32,000 nucleotides of DNA from Candidatus Nitrosopumilus koreensis AR1. GTDB taxonomy: Archaea; Thermoproteota; Nitrososphaeria; Nitrososphaerales; Nitrosopumilaceae. Position 1 is the first letter of the stretch; each line of letters opens with the position of its first letter. The notes under the pieces were generated by a model. It was not told the DNA's origin. It did not search any database and saw only the letters and a list, made by a program, of their open reading frames with translations. The stretch spans positions 1,110,001-1,142,000 of the forward strand of contig NC_018655.1 of the NCBI RefSeq assembly GCF_000299365.1. Direction: 5' to 3'. Made by a program: the position numbers and the translations under genes. Shown here piece after piece: positions 8,671 through 17,613 of the stretch.

Positions 8671-8881
8671 GTCGGGTCAAGAACTGACCCGACATGGAAG
8701 TGCTATGGTCGGTTATACGCACTGATGAAATGACTCCTTTCATCGGTATGATACAGATTAATGCAAATCTGCTTATAATGCTCACTAAGAAATTATTCAT
8801 ATAATTTCTCAGTATTTGCTAAATACTAATTTCATAGAATGAAATACAGAAACTGTCACCAAACAACTAATCGTTGTTGGT
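8671..8881. repeat. Run of seven short hairpins in the intergenic region
   Basis: 8671-8679/8685-8693 (9 bp perfect); 8721-8730/8738-8747 (10 bp with one G-U); 8754-8759/8766-8771 (6 bp); 8784-8796/8801-8813 (13 bp, one mismatch); 8811-8817/8821-8827 (7 bp perfect); 8829-8835/8839-8845 (7 bp perfect); 8858-8867/8873-8881 (9 bp with one bulge). Confidence 0.75.
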
Positions 8882-8970
8882 CTTAAGTTTCAATTTTGAC
8901 TATTTCATCTCTGAAAAATAGGGTTAGTTTCATCCCACTACTTAAAATTAGATAAGATTTTAAAAGAAAT

Positions 8971-9102
8971 ATGAAAGCAAGATTTCCAGGAAAATGTGTA
9001 GAGTGCGGAGAAGCAATAAAAGTAGGCAAAGAGATTTTAAAAAACTCCAAAGAGCAATGGGTTCATGCAGCATGTTCTGACTTGGAAGATGAATTACCAT
9101 AG
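8971..9102 (+). CDS. 43-aa small zinc-binding-like protein
   Basis: Not in track. MKARFPGKCVECGEAIKVGKEILKNSKEQWVHAACSDLEDELP with a CxxC...HxxC motif; TTAAAATT at 8942 is about 25 nt upstream of the ATG (leaderless promoter spacing). Confidence 0.7.
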   Translation: MKARFPGKCVECGEAIKVGKEILKNSKEQWVHAACSDLEDELP

Positions 9103-9151
9103 TACAAATTTGTGATAAATTTTTTAAGTAACTTTCAGCGAATACACACAA

Positions 9152-9571
9152 ATGAAGACAAAATCAAGTATTTTTCTAGCAGTTATTGCATCATTTGCAG
9201 TTCTGATGTTCCCATCAGAAATAATTGCAGATACTTCTGAAAGTACAACAATCACCCCAATTAATGAGGAGATAAGTCTCAAGAAGACAGTCACTACAAT
9301 GATTGTTCCTGAGGACAATACACTGCCATGGGGATTTGTTACAGGTAGCCCTTCAGAATATGTTGAAAGACATCCAATAATCATTCAGTTCTTTGATGAG
9401 GGAGATGAGATGGTACATGTTGCACAAGTAGATGTCAAAGGAGACGGCTCTTATGAATACAAGTTCAGAGTAGCCAGTATTGATGAAAATGGGGATGTGC
9501 AAAAAGCCTTTGACGGAGAATATACAGTCATTATATACAGAGTCATCCCTAACCAAGACCAACTGGTCTAA
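9152..9571 (+). CDS. Secreted hypothetical protein, 139 aa
   Basis: N-terminal signal peptide MKTKSSIFLAVIASFAVLMFPSEIIADT followed by a predicted beta-rich domain. Confidence 0.7.
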   Translation: MKTKSSIFLAVIASFAVLMFPSEIIADTSESTTITPINEEISLKKTVTTMIVPEDNTLPWGFVTGSPSEYVERHPIIIQFFDEGDEMVHVAQVDVKGDGSYEYKFRVASIDENGDVQKAFDGEYTVIIYRVIPNQDQLV

Positions 9572-9628
9572 ACTTTCTTTATTTTTACACAGAATTCATA
9601 TACTATTTATGAAAATGCAAGCTAGAAA

Positions 9629-10168
9629 ATGAGTAAAAACTTTTGGCATGACATAGAATCAGGAGCAGATATTCCTGAAATTATTAATGTAATAGTTGAG
9701 ATTCCCAAAGGTTCCATGAACAAATATGAATACGATAAAAAACACAACATGATCAAACTTGACAGAGTGTTATTTTCACCATTTCACTATCCAGGAGATT
9801 ATGGGCTAGTTCCACAAACACTTTCTGAAGATGGCGACCCACTAGATGCACTAGTACTTGTCACAAACCCAACATATCCTGGAATTTTGATTGAAGCAAG
9901 ACCAATTGGATTACTTCAAATGAAAGATGCAGGAGATCTGGATGACAAAATTATTTGTGTGTCTACGAATGATCCTAGATATTTACATACAACAGATATT
10001 TCAGATATAGAAGATCACTATCGTTCTGAGATTGCACATTTCTTTCAAGTCTACAAAGACTTGGAAGGGAAGAAAGTTGAGATCCTAGGATGGCAATCAG
10101 CAAAAGAGGCAAAAAGCATTATTGTTGAATCAATAAAAAGATACAAGAACACGTTGAAGAAATTCTAA
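9629..10168 (+). CDS. ppa: Inorganic pyrophosphatase (family I)
   Basis: MSKNFWHDIESGADIPEIINVIVEIPKGSMNKYEYDK...YPGDYGLVPQTLSEDGDPLDALVLV. Confidence 0.95.
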   Translation: MSKNFWHDIESGADIPEIINVIVEIPKGSMNKYEYDKKHNMIKLDRVLFSPFHYPGDYGLVPQTLSEDGDPLDALVLVTNPTYPGILIEARPIGLLQMKDAGDLDDKIICVSTNDPRYLHTTDISDIEDHYRSEIAHFFQVYKDLEGKKVEILGWQSAKEAKSIIVESIKRYKNTLKKF

Positions 10169-10169
10169 C

Positions 10170-10427
10170 ATGACAACAGAATGCAATCATTTTGTAGAAG
10201 AAAAGAAAGGAATTACACCCAATACAGTAAGTTGTGAAGAGTGTGAAAAAGAACATCTGCCAGTTGTCGCAATACGAATGTGTTTGACATGTGGTCATGT
10301 GGGATGTTGCGATTCATCTATTGGAAAACATGCAACAAAACATTTTGAAGAGACAGGACATCCAGTAATGAAAGCAATTCCAGGAGATATTTGGAAGTGG
10401 TGTTACCACCACAAGGAATACTATTGA
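10170..10427 (+). CDS. UBP-type zinc finger domain protein
   Basis: 85 aa: SCEECEKEHLPVVAIRMCLTCGHVGCCDSSIGKHATKHFEETGHPVMKAIPGDIWKWCYHHKEY matches the ZnF-UBP signature. Confidence 0.85.
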   Translation: MTTECNHFVEEKKGITPNTVSCEECEKEHLPVVAIRMCLTCGHVGCCDSSIGKHATKHFEETGHPVMKAIPGDIWKWCYHHKEYY

Positions 10428-10459
10428 TTTTTTAATAGTTAGAAAATTACGGCTAGTGT

Positions 10460-12232
10460 ATGCATCAGTACCAATTAGGAACATGGGATCTTTCAGAATT
10501 AGCCAAGAACCCAAAAAGTCCAGCATTTCAAAAACAGATTCAAGAATTGGAAAATCAGGCTAAAAAATTTGAGAAAGTTAAATCAAAACTAGATCCAAAA
10601 ATGACATCCAAAAAATTCATGGAGATATTAAATCAGGTAGAAGAGATTTCAGAAAAAATGAGTAAAATTGGAGGTTATGCATCTCTTTCATATTCCTCAG
10701 ACACCCAATCAGATGAGGCAACATCATTAATGACTAGAATGTCAAAACTAGGTTCAGATATTTCAAATAAAATTTTGTTTTTTGACTTGTGGTGGAAAAC
10801 ACAAGTTGATGAAAAAAATGCAAAAAGACTCATCAAAGATGCAGGAGAACTTTCAGAATATTTAGCACATAAAAGATTGATTGCAAAATATTCACTAAGT
10901 GAACCTGAAGAGAGAATCATAAACACATTAGATGTTACAGGAATTTCTGCACTTGTAAAACTATACGATAAGATAACTAATGCATTTGAGTATCAAATGA
11001 AAATTGGAAACAAGACAAAAAAGATGACAAGAGAAGAACTAACAAATTATGTTAGAGATGTAAATGGAAAAATTCGAGAAACAGCATACAAAACAATCCT
11101 TGGAAAATACACTGAGAACAAGGGAGTCGTAGGAGAAATTTACCAAAATATTGTACTTAATTGGAAAGATGAGGGTATTGAAATTCGAGGATACAAAACA
11201 CCAATTTCAATGAGAAATATTGGGAATGATGTAGATGACAAAACCATTGAATCACTTCTCTTAGTATGTAAAAAAAATGCGCCTGTATTTCAGAAGTTTT
11301 TTGTACAAAAGGCAAAGATGTTGAAAATGAAAAAACTTAGAAGATATGATATTTACGCACCAGCTGCCGCAAACATTAAAGAAAAAAATTATTCATATAA
11401 CAAATCCGTGAAATTAGTTTTTGAATCACTTGGCAAATTTAGCAATACATTAGAGGATTTTGCCAGAAAAGTTTTCAATGAAAATCACATTGATTCATCT
11501 GTAAGACAAGGTAAGAGGGACGGAGCATTTTGCAGTACATTGACTCCTAAAATCACCCCATATGTGTTGGTGAATTTTACAGGAAAATCAAGAGACGTGT
11601 TTACATTAGCACATGAATTAGGTCATGCAGTTCATAGTCAGGCTGCTCAAGACAGATCAATTCTAGTACAAGATGCACCATTGCCATTGGCTGAAACGGC
11701 ATCCACATTTTCAGAATTACTACTCTATGACAATATTTCAGATAAAATTTCGGATGATGAAAAGAAGATAATGTTATCTGAAAAAATAGACGATTTGTAT
11801 GCAACAATCCTGAGACAGTCATTTTTTACAATTTTTGAAATAGATGCCCACAAGCAAATTGGCAATGGAACAACCATAGATGAAATTTCAAAAACGTATC
11901 TGCAAAACTTGAAACAACAGTTTGGAAAATCAGTTGATATTTCAGATGATTTTGCAATAGAATGGAGTTGTATTCCACATTTCTATCACACGCCATTTTA
12001 CTGCTATGCATATTCATTTGGAAATCTACTTGCATTGTCATTATTCCAAAGATACAAAAAAGAAGGACAAGATTTTGTTCCAGCGTATATTGATATTCTT
12101 GCTGCAGGTGGTTCAAAAAAACCGGAAAAACTTCTTTTAGAGCACGGGTTAGACATCAGATCACCCAAGTTTTGGCAAGAAGGTTTTAACTATGTCAATG
12201 AGCAAGTAAAAGTACTCTCATCATTAAATTAG
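10460..12232 (+). CDS. M3 family oligoendopeptidase (PepF-like)
   Basis: 590 aa with HELGHAVHSQAAQ zinc-binding motif and the M3 C-terminal pattern (WQEGFNYVNEQV). Confidence 0.9.
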   Translation: MHQYQLGTWDLSELAKNPKSPAFQKQIQELENQAKKFEKVKSKLDPKMTSKKFMEILNQVEEISEKMSKIGGYASLSYSSDTQSDEATSLMTRMSKLGSDISNKILFFDLWWKTQVDEKNAKRLIKDAGELSEYLAHKRLIAKYSLSEPEERIINTLDVTGISALVKLYDKITNAFEYQMKIGNKTKKMTREELTNYVRDVNGKIRETAYKTILGKYTENKGVVGEIYQNIVLNWKDEGIEIRGYKTPISMRNIGNDVDDKTIESLLLVCKKNAPVFQKFFVQKAKMLKMKKLRRYDIYAPAAANIKEKNYSYNKSVKLVFESLGKFSNTLEDFARKVFNENHIDSSVRQGKRDGAFCSTLTPKITPYVLVNFTGKSRDVFTLAHELGHAVHSQAAQDRSILVQDAPLPLAETASTFSELLLYDNISDKISDDEKKIMLSEKIDDLYATILRQSFFTIFEIDAHKQIGNGTTIDEISKTYLQNLKQQFGKSVDISDDFAIEWSCIPHFYHTPFYCYAYSFGNLLALSLFQRYKKEGQDFVPAYIDILAAGGSKKPEKLLLEHGLDIRSPKFWQEGFNYVNEQVKVLSSLN

Positions 12233-12248
12233 ATTTTTAATAAATGGG

Positions 12249-12277
12249 GCTGACAGTCCAACGCAAGGACTGCCAGC
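12249..12277. terminator. Hairpin between convergent genes: GCTGaCAGTCC-AACGCAA-GGACTGcCAGC
   Basis: 10 paired bases with one A/C mismatch just past the peptidase stop. Further small dyads follow at 12303-12316 and 12330-12350. Confidence 0.45.
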
Positions 12278-12347
12278 TTTGTTCCCCGAACGGTTTGAAT
12301 TCGATGTCAAGACATCATCACAAATTATCTGATTTAAACGTTTGAAA

Positions 12348-12920
12348 TCATTTTAGGTCCAGTTTTTTAGGTTTTATCTTCCTGATAGTACCACCCAGAA
12401 TACCTATTGTAAATCCAAGTTGATATAGAAAATACAATAAAACTTCAAATGTACTTGGAGTAAGATCTGTAAATCTACTAACTCCTGTCAACACCAACAA
12501 AAGTGAACTGAAAAAGAATACAAATAATTTTACAACCCCGTGCATATTTGTAAATTTTAAAATAACAAAAGTCATTACAGTTACAGAAATTGCCAATACT
12601 GTTAGAAATCCAGTATTCATCCCAAATATAAGAAATAAAGTTGAAGCAATCTCGCCTAGGCTTCCAGGAGTTAGACTAGAAAGTTCAATTTTTTCAGGAG
12701 ATGCAAAACGAGGTACACTCAGGATTGCATTTGCCAAAAATAAAATAAACAAAGAAATTGACACGGTTTTTAAATGATTTTGTAATCTAGGAAACCTAAC
12801 AAGGATTGCACGTCCCAAAATCAGTCCTTGAAATAATCCAATCCCAAATGTAACAATTACTGTAAGAATGGAAAAAATTGGATCTTGGAATATATCAACA
12901 AGAAATGGAATAAGGGCCAA
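12348..12920 (-). CDS. Polytopic membrane protein, hypothetical
   Basis: 190 aa with several hydrophobic helices; probable TTG start (TTGGCCCTTATTCC on the minus strand). Confidence 0.7.
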   Translation of the reverse strand: MALIPFLVDIFQDPIFSILTVIVTFGIGLFQGLILGRAILVRFPRLQNHLKTVSISLFILFLANAILSVPRFASPEKIELSSLTPGSLGEIASTLFLIFGMNTGFLTVLAISVTVMTFVILKFTNMHGVVKLFVFFFSSLLLVLTGVSRFTDLTPSTFEVLLYFLYQLGFTIGILGGTIRKIKPKKLDLK

Positions 12921-13066
12921 TACTAGTTATGATGTCATACAAGATAGGATATTAGTTAGTAGATAACAAGTTTTCGTATTAAAATAAAAAAAATTAATCA
13001 AAAAATCATTTAGAAAATATATGCATAAGAGTAAAGTTAATAATTTCACCGCAAGAGGGACAACCA

Positions 13067-14209
13067 ATGCAGAAAATACTTTGGGTTTTACTGTTAATTG
13101 CAGTTATTGGGTTTTCAGTAAATCTTTCATACTCACAAGAGATGGGATTGGCAACTTTTCAGGAAACTGCACAGGTATTCATAGACAGGAGCATATCACA
13201 AAACGTTACTGCATCAATAACTCTACAAAGTACCAGCATACAAGAAATTAGAATTCCGGCAGAATTAGAACAAAAACTTAGAGAAGATGAACGAGTTCAG
13301 GCAGTAATCATTACAAATCAAGAGCAATGTGTCTTAGGGGTATTTGATGAATCATGTATAATGATTAATGTGCAAAGAGACCCATCAGCGAAAGGAATTA
13401 TTGAAATTCAAGATGCCGCTAAAGAAGTTGCACAACTATACATCGAGGATGTCAACCGCATAGTTGACACTAAAGCAGAACTTCATTCGGTTTTTGTGCA
13501 TAGCGATGATCAGACTAACAAAGCACTTGAAACATCAGGAATCATTTCAGGCAGAGGAATGGTTTCGGTAGTGTACACAATGCCTCCAGAAGACACAAAC
13601 TCCATGTATGAAAAAGTATCAGCAATTCTGATTCCAAAAATAATCAGAGATGGGGGAGGATTTTATGAAGTTGCCAAAGAATTATCTTTTGAAGAAAATG
13701 CAAAAATGACATTTTCAATAATACCTTTAGAATCAAAATCACTTTTACAGCTCAAGTTGTCAGTGGATTATCCTAACATGGCTTCAACAATTTCAGAAGT
13801 GAGTCCTTTAGATTTGTTAAAGACAGACAGAATTAACAGATCAAATTATTTTTCTACAGGATTTTATCCACTTAATTCAATCATCCAAGTAGTAATATTA
13901 TCACCTGAAAATGAAATTATTTCAAATATCAAAGGCAACATTGTTCCAACCCAAATAATAAATGATGAGAAAATTCCAACAGACGTATCAAAAGAAGGAT
14001 GGGTTTTTGATCCTCAAGAAGGACAAAGGATTCAAGGAAAATATATTTTTGGAGAAGAGACATCAATTAACAAAGACAAATTGAAATTTTCATTAGGGGA
14101 CACACAGACAACATCAAAATCACCAGACGAATCACTTGCAGTTATCATAATTATTTCAATAGTTGCAATTGCTGCAGCTTTATTCTATCTTAAAGGATAC
14201 AGAAAATAA
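13067..14209 (+). CDS. Membrane-anchored extracellular hypothetical protein, 380 aa
   Basis: N-terminal signal peptide/TM (MQKILWVLLLIAVIGFSVNLSYSQ) and C-terminal TM helix (LAVIIIISIVAIAAALFYLKGYRK). Confidence 0.75.
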   Translation: MQKILWVLLLIAVIGFSVNLSYSQEMGLATFQETAQVFIDRSISQNVTASITLQSTSIQEIRIPAELEQKLREDERVQAVIITNQEQCVLGVFDESCIMINVQRDPSAKGIIEIQDAAKEVAQLYIEDVNRIVDTKAELHSVFVHSDDQTNKALETSGIISGRGMVSVVYTMPPEDTNSMYEKVSAILIPKIIRDGGGFYEVAKELSFEENAKMTFSIIPLESKSLLQLKLSVDYPNMASTISEVSPLDLLKTDRINRSNYFSTGFYPLNSIIQVVILSPENEIISNIKGNIVPTQIINDEKIPTDVSKEGWVFDPQEGQRIQGKYIFGEETSINKDKLKFSLGDTQTTSKSPDESLAVIIIISIVAIAAALFYLKGYRK

Positions 14210-14761
14210 TCACAGCAAAAGGACAGCAGCTGCAAATACAGTAGTCCATTTACCATCTTTGTCGCCACGTGTTGACTGAGTAATGTTACGAGTATTGTAA
14301 ATTTCACCAGATATTTTCCACTGTTGTCTTTTTTCGTCCCAGTTTTTATCAACATCAAATGGAATTCCTAATGAAGAGGCCAACATTTGGGCTGCAATAT
14401 CCTCAGCGTAATCACCTGCCTGAGTTTCATTTTGTCCAAAAGACTCGTATTCAGAAAGATATCCATATCGTGAAGTATCTTTTGGCTGTGCAAGTCCCAC
14501 AGATGCAGCACACATTCTATGAGGTTCATTTGTTTGATTCTTGGAATAAATTGTAAACAAAATTTGCCCTGGTTTGATTTGTTTCAATCCTTCTTTTCTG
14601 GAAATTAGTTTTGCCTTTGGAGGAAAAATACTAGAAATCAAAACAAGGTTGGTCCCTGCAATACCTGCATCTCTTAATGCGTATTCAAAACTAGTTAACC
14701 TGTCTTCATGTATACCTTTTCCTTTGGTAAGAAATAGTTTCTTGGCAACTAAATCCAGCAT
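14210..14761 (-). CDS. pdaD: Pyruvoyl-dependent arginine decarboxylase
   Basis: GTNLVLISSIFPPKAK (Ser-Ser self-processing site context), AASVGLAQP, EYESFGQNE..AGDYAEDIAAQML. Confidence 0.88.
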   Translation of the reverse strand: MLDLVAKKLFLTKGKGIHEDRLTSFEYALRDAGIAGTNLVLISSIFPPKAKLISRKEGLKQIKPGQILFTIYSKNQTNEPHRMCAASVGLAQPKDTSRYGYLSEYESFGQNETQAGDYAEDIAAQMLASSLGIPFDVDKNWDEKRQQWKISGEIYNTRNITQSTRGDKDGKWTTVFAAAVLLL

Positions 14762-14867
14762 TTCTGAATTTTAGAAAATGCATTATTATTTAACTTTAAT
14801 CAATATGTATCAGCCGAATTTTTGAAATCAGTATTGTAGAGATTTGGAAAAATTAATTTTTAAAAGA

Positions 14868-15110
14868 TCAATCACGTTTCTTTTTCTTTTTTCTTTTATC
14901 AGGAGCTTTTTCTGCTTGAGTCAAAAGAATAAACGTAAAGAATGCCCCCAATCCCACATTAACCACGCCCATAAAAGTGATAATCATTTTTGTTGATGGA
15001 GGGGCCACAGGAGACAAACCGATTACAATACCAAGAACACCAGTTGCAAAGAACATCATCATCAGAACTTTTACTCTGGTCGGTTCAATGTATCTCATAA
15101 CAGGTATCAA
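14868..15110 (-). CDS. Small two-TM membrane protein
   Basis: 80 aa, two hydrophobic helices, Lys/Arg-rich C-terminus. Confidence 0.6.
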   Translation of the reverse strand: MIPVMRYIEPTRVKVLMMMFFATGVLGIVIGLSPVAPPSTKMIITFMGVVNVGLGAFFTFILLTQAEKAPDKRKKKKKRD

Positions 15111-15215
15111 AAAACGGCATTATTATAAACTGACGGTTAAGAAAATTCTTCAGAGATCACTCCAAGAGGAACACAGGTAACACTTTAAACCTTCAAAAAT
15201 TTCATTTTACTTCGT

Positions 15216-15290
15216 GCCAATGTAGCTCAGCCTGGCTAGAGCATTCGCCTTGTAAGCGAAAGGTCATGGGTTCAGATCCCATCATTGGCT
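15216..15290 (+). tRNA. tRNA-Thr (TGT anticodon)
   Basis: GCCAATG/CATTGGC acceptor, D-arm GCTC...GAGC, anticodon arm TTCGC-CTTGTAA-GCGAA, T-arm ATGGG-TTCAGAT-CCCAT. Confidence 0.95.
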
Positions 15291-15353
15291 TTAAAATTTC
15301 AATTAACAATTTGGCAATACGGTTAAGTATACTGAATTTTGGATCAATGTCAC

Positions 15354-16148
15354 ATGAGTTTTGAAGACGAGGTTAAGCAAAAGGAATTTGCTCAAAATAA
15401 ATCAAAACCAAACAGCCTTGTCATCGGATTAGTTATTGCAGTAGGAGTTGCATCGTTTTTTGCAGGAATGTACGTATCAAACATGAATTCAAATCAGATT
15501 TCACAAGAGGATCTGGATAATGCAATTGCCAAACTAGAACTCAAAATATTGCAAAACCAGATTCCTACAAATCAGCCATCACCTCCAGTAAAAATTTCAG
15601 CAGACGATGATCCAATTATTGGAAATCCAGATGCGCCAATTACAATAATAGAATTTTCAGACTTTCAATGTCCATTTTGTGCAAGATTCTATACACAAAC
15701 ACTACCATTACTTCTTGATCAATACATAGAAGAGGGCAAAGTAAAATTGGTTTTCAGAGACTTCCCAATACAGAGTATTCATCCAAATGCACTTCCAGCT
15801 TCAGTTGCAGCAGAGTGTGCAAATGAACAAGGAAAATTCAAAGAGATGCATGACATATTATTTGATAATCAAGTTCAATGGAGTAATCAAGAAACAGTTG
15901 ATGCATTGTCCATGTTTAGTCAATATGCAACTCAAATACAACTAGAGCAAGAAACATTTGATTCGTGTCTTACGAGTGGAAAGTATGTTGAAGAAATAAG
16001 AAATGATCTTGATGATGGACGAAGTTATCAAGTTACAGGAACACCAGGATTTTTCATAGGAAATGATGAGATAGGCTATGTAGAATTAAAGGGCGCACAA
16101 CCTTTTGAAAGTTTTAAAAAAGTCATTGACGCACAGTTAGCCCTTTAA
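15354..16148 (+). CDS. DsbA-family thiol-disulfide oxidoreductase, membrane-anchored
   Basis: TM helix LVIGLVIAVGVASFFAGMYV, then IIEFSDFQCPFCARFY (CxxC) and VTGTPGFFIGND (cis-Pro loop). Track start is TTG 15339; ATG at 15354 is also plausible. Confidence 0.88.
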   Translation: MSFEDEVKQKEFAQNKSKPNSLVIGLVIAVGVASFFAGMYVSNMNSNQISQEDLDNAIAKLELKILQNQIPTNQPSPPVKISADDDPIIGNPDAPITIIEFSDFQCPFCARFYTQTLPLLLDQYIEEGKVKLVFRDFPIQSIHPNALPASVAAECANEQGKFKEMHDILFDNQVQWSNQETVDALSMFSQYATQIQLEQETFDSCLTSGKYVEEIRNDLDDGRSYQVTGTPGFFIGNDEIGYVELKGAQPFESFKKVIDAQLAL

Positions 16149-16205
16149 AATAACAAGCGTTTATTAGACCTAAATTGCGACTTTATGCATCGGAATAATG
16201 ACGTC

Positions 16206-16233
16206 TAAGCAATGAGCTTTTCGTCATTGCTTA
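16206..16233 (+). promoter_or_regulatory. Candidate 5'-leader hairpin of DEAD-box helicase gene
   Basis: TAAGCAATGA-GCTTTTCG-TCATTGCTTA: 10-bp perfect stem, 8-nt loop, ending 15 nt before the ATG at 16249. Confidence 0.6.
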
Positions 16234-16248
16234 AGAGAAGAAAATAAA

Positions 16249-17565
16249 ATGACAAAATTTCAAGAATTAGGATTAAAAGAAGATATACTAAAAGGGATTA
16301 ACGATCTTGGATTTGAGGAAGCATTTCCAATTCAAGAAGCAGTGATTCCAGTATTACTTACAGGAAGAGATGTTGTAGGACAAGCACATACAGGTTCTGG
16401 TAAGACTGCAGCTTTTTCATTATCAATGTTGCAAAAAATTCAACCAAAAAATGGCATTCAAGGGTTGATTATGGCACCCACAAGAGAACTTGCAATGCAA
16501 ATTACAGATGAGATTAAAAAATTTGGAAAATATACAGGAATTAGAGTAGCTACAGTTTATGGCGGACAAGGAATGGGAGTCCAATTTGATGCCCTTGAAA
16601 GAGGAGTAGAGATTGTCGTAGCAACACCAGGAAGGTTAATTGATCATCTCAAAAGAGGTTCAATAGAACTCAGAGACATATCCCACATAGTTCTTGATGA
16701 GGCAGATACAATGTTAGATATGGGATTTATTGATGATATTCAATTTATTTTAGATCTTGCACCTGAAGACAGAGTTATGTCATTGTTTTCAGCAACAATG
16801 CCAACAGAGATTCTCAGATTATCTGAAGAATATTTGAAAAACCCAAAGCAATTTTTGTTGGATGCAGATGATCTTAGCGGAGAGGGTATTGACCAATCAT
16901 ATTTAGTTATCAAAGACAGAGACAAATTCAAGTATCTAATTGACTTTATCAAACCAGTAAAGGGGCAATCCATTGTATTTTGTTCAACCAAATACAGAAC
17001 AAGAGATGTGGCCAAATTCTTACACCAAGAAAAATTTGATGCCGTAGCAATAGAAGGAGACATGTCCCAGCACAGAAGAGAGCAATCCATGGGAAAATTC
17101 CGTAGCGGTAAAGCAGACATTCTCGTAGCAACCGATGTTGCATCAAGAGGAATAGATGTTCCAAGAGTTGAATTAGTGATTAATTATGATGTTCCAAACC
17201 AAGAAATGGCATACTTTCACAGAATTGGAAGAACTGCAAGGGCAGGTGCAAAAGGAAAAGCAGTGACATTTGTTTCATATTCTTCTGTCGGAGATTGGAA
17301 TCTAATCAAACGTCAAATCAAAGTTCCAATCACAGATTTGAACAAAGAAATGGGAATTGAAATTGCTATTCCAGATCCTCTAAAAAGACAAATGCCATCA
17401 AGAAGGTATGGGGGTCAATCAAGATCAAACTATTCCAGAGGAGGTCGTTCTGGAGGATATGGTAGATCAGGAGGTAGACGAGACTCTAGAGACGAGAGAG
17501 GCGGAAGAAAAAGATACAATGATAGAGACAACCGAAATAGTTACGGTGGTCGCAGTAGATGGTAA
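16249..17565 (+). CDS. DEAD-box RNA helicase with RGG-rich C-terminus
   Basis: AHTGSGKTAA, PTRELAMQI, VATPGRLIDH, DEAD, SAT, HRIGRTARAG motifs; tail ...YSRGGRSGGYGRSGGRRDSRDERGG.... Confidence 0.95.
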   Translation: MTKFQELGLKEDILKGINDLGFEEAFPIQEAVIPVLLTGRDVVGQAHTGSGKTAAFSLSMLQKIQPKNGIQGLIMAPTRELAMQITDEIKKFGKYTGIRVATVYGGQGMGVQFDALERGVEIVVATPGRLIDHLKRGSIELRDISHIVLDEADTMLDMGFIDDIQFILDLAPEDRVMSLFSATMPTEILRLSEEYLKNPKQFLLDADDLSGEGIDQSYLVIKDRDKFKYLIDFIKPVKGQSIVFCSTKYRTRDVAKFLHQEKFDAVAIEGDMSQHRREQSMGKFRSGKADILVATDVASRGIDVPRVELVINYDVPNQEMAYFHRIGRTARAGAKGKAVTFVSYSSVGDWNLIKRQIKVPITDLNKEMGIEIAIPDPLKRQMPSRRYGGQSRSNYSRGGRSGGYGRSGGRRDSRDERGGRKRYNDRDNRNSYGGRSRW

Positions 17566-17613
17566 CTGTAAAACTTAAAGACCTGAAATACGTAACTAAA
17601 TCAAGGTAAAGTA

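Noticed and set aside
8657-8735. Possible C/D box sRNA (ATGATGT ... CTGA ... CTGATGA)
   Set aside because: The boxes match only imperfectly and there is no proper terminal D box; the hairpins are stronger than the box pattern.
13021-13251. 76-aa ORF in another frame
   Set aside because: It overlaps the start of the better-supported 380-aa membrane protein at 13067 and lacks protein-like composition.
16740-17120. 126-aa minus-strand ORF
   Set aside because: Antisense to the conserved DEAD-box helicase; spurious shadow ORF. The same reasoning applies to the minus or alternative-frame ORFs at 688-924, 2930-3160, 3838-4110, 16949-17164, 24518-24865 and 24853-25282.
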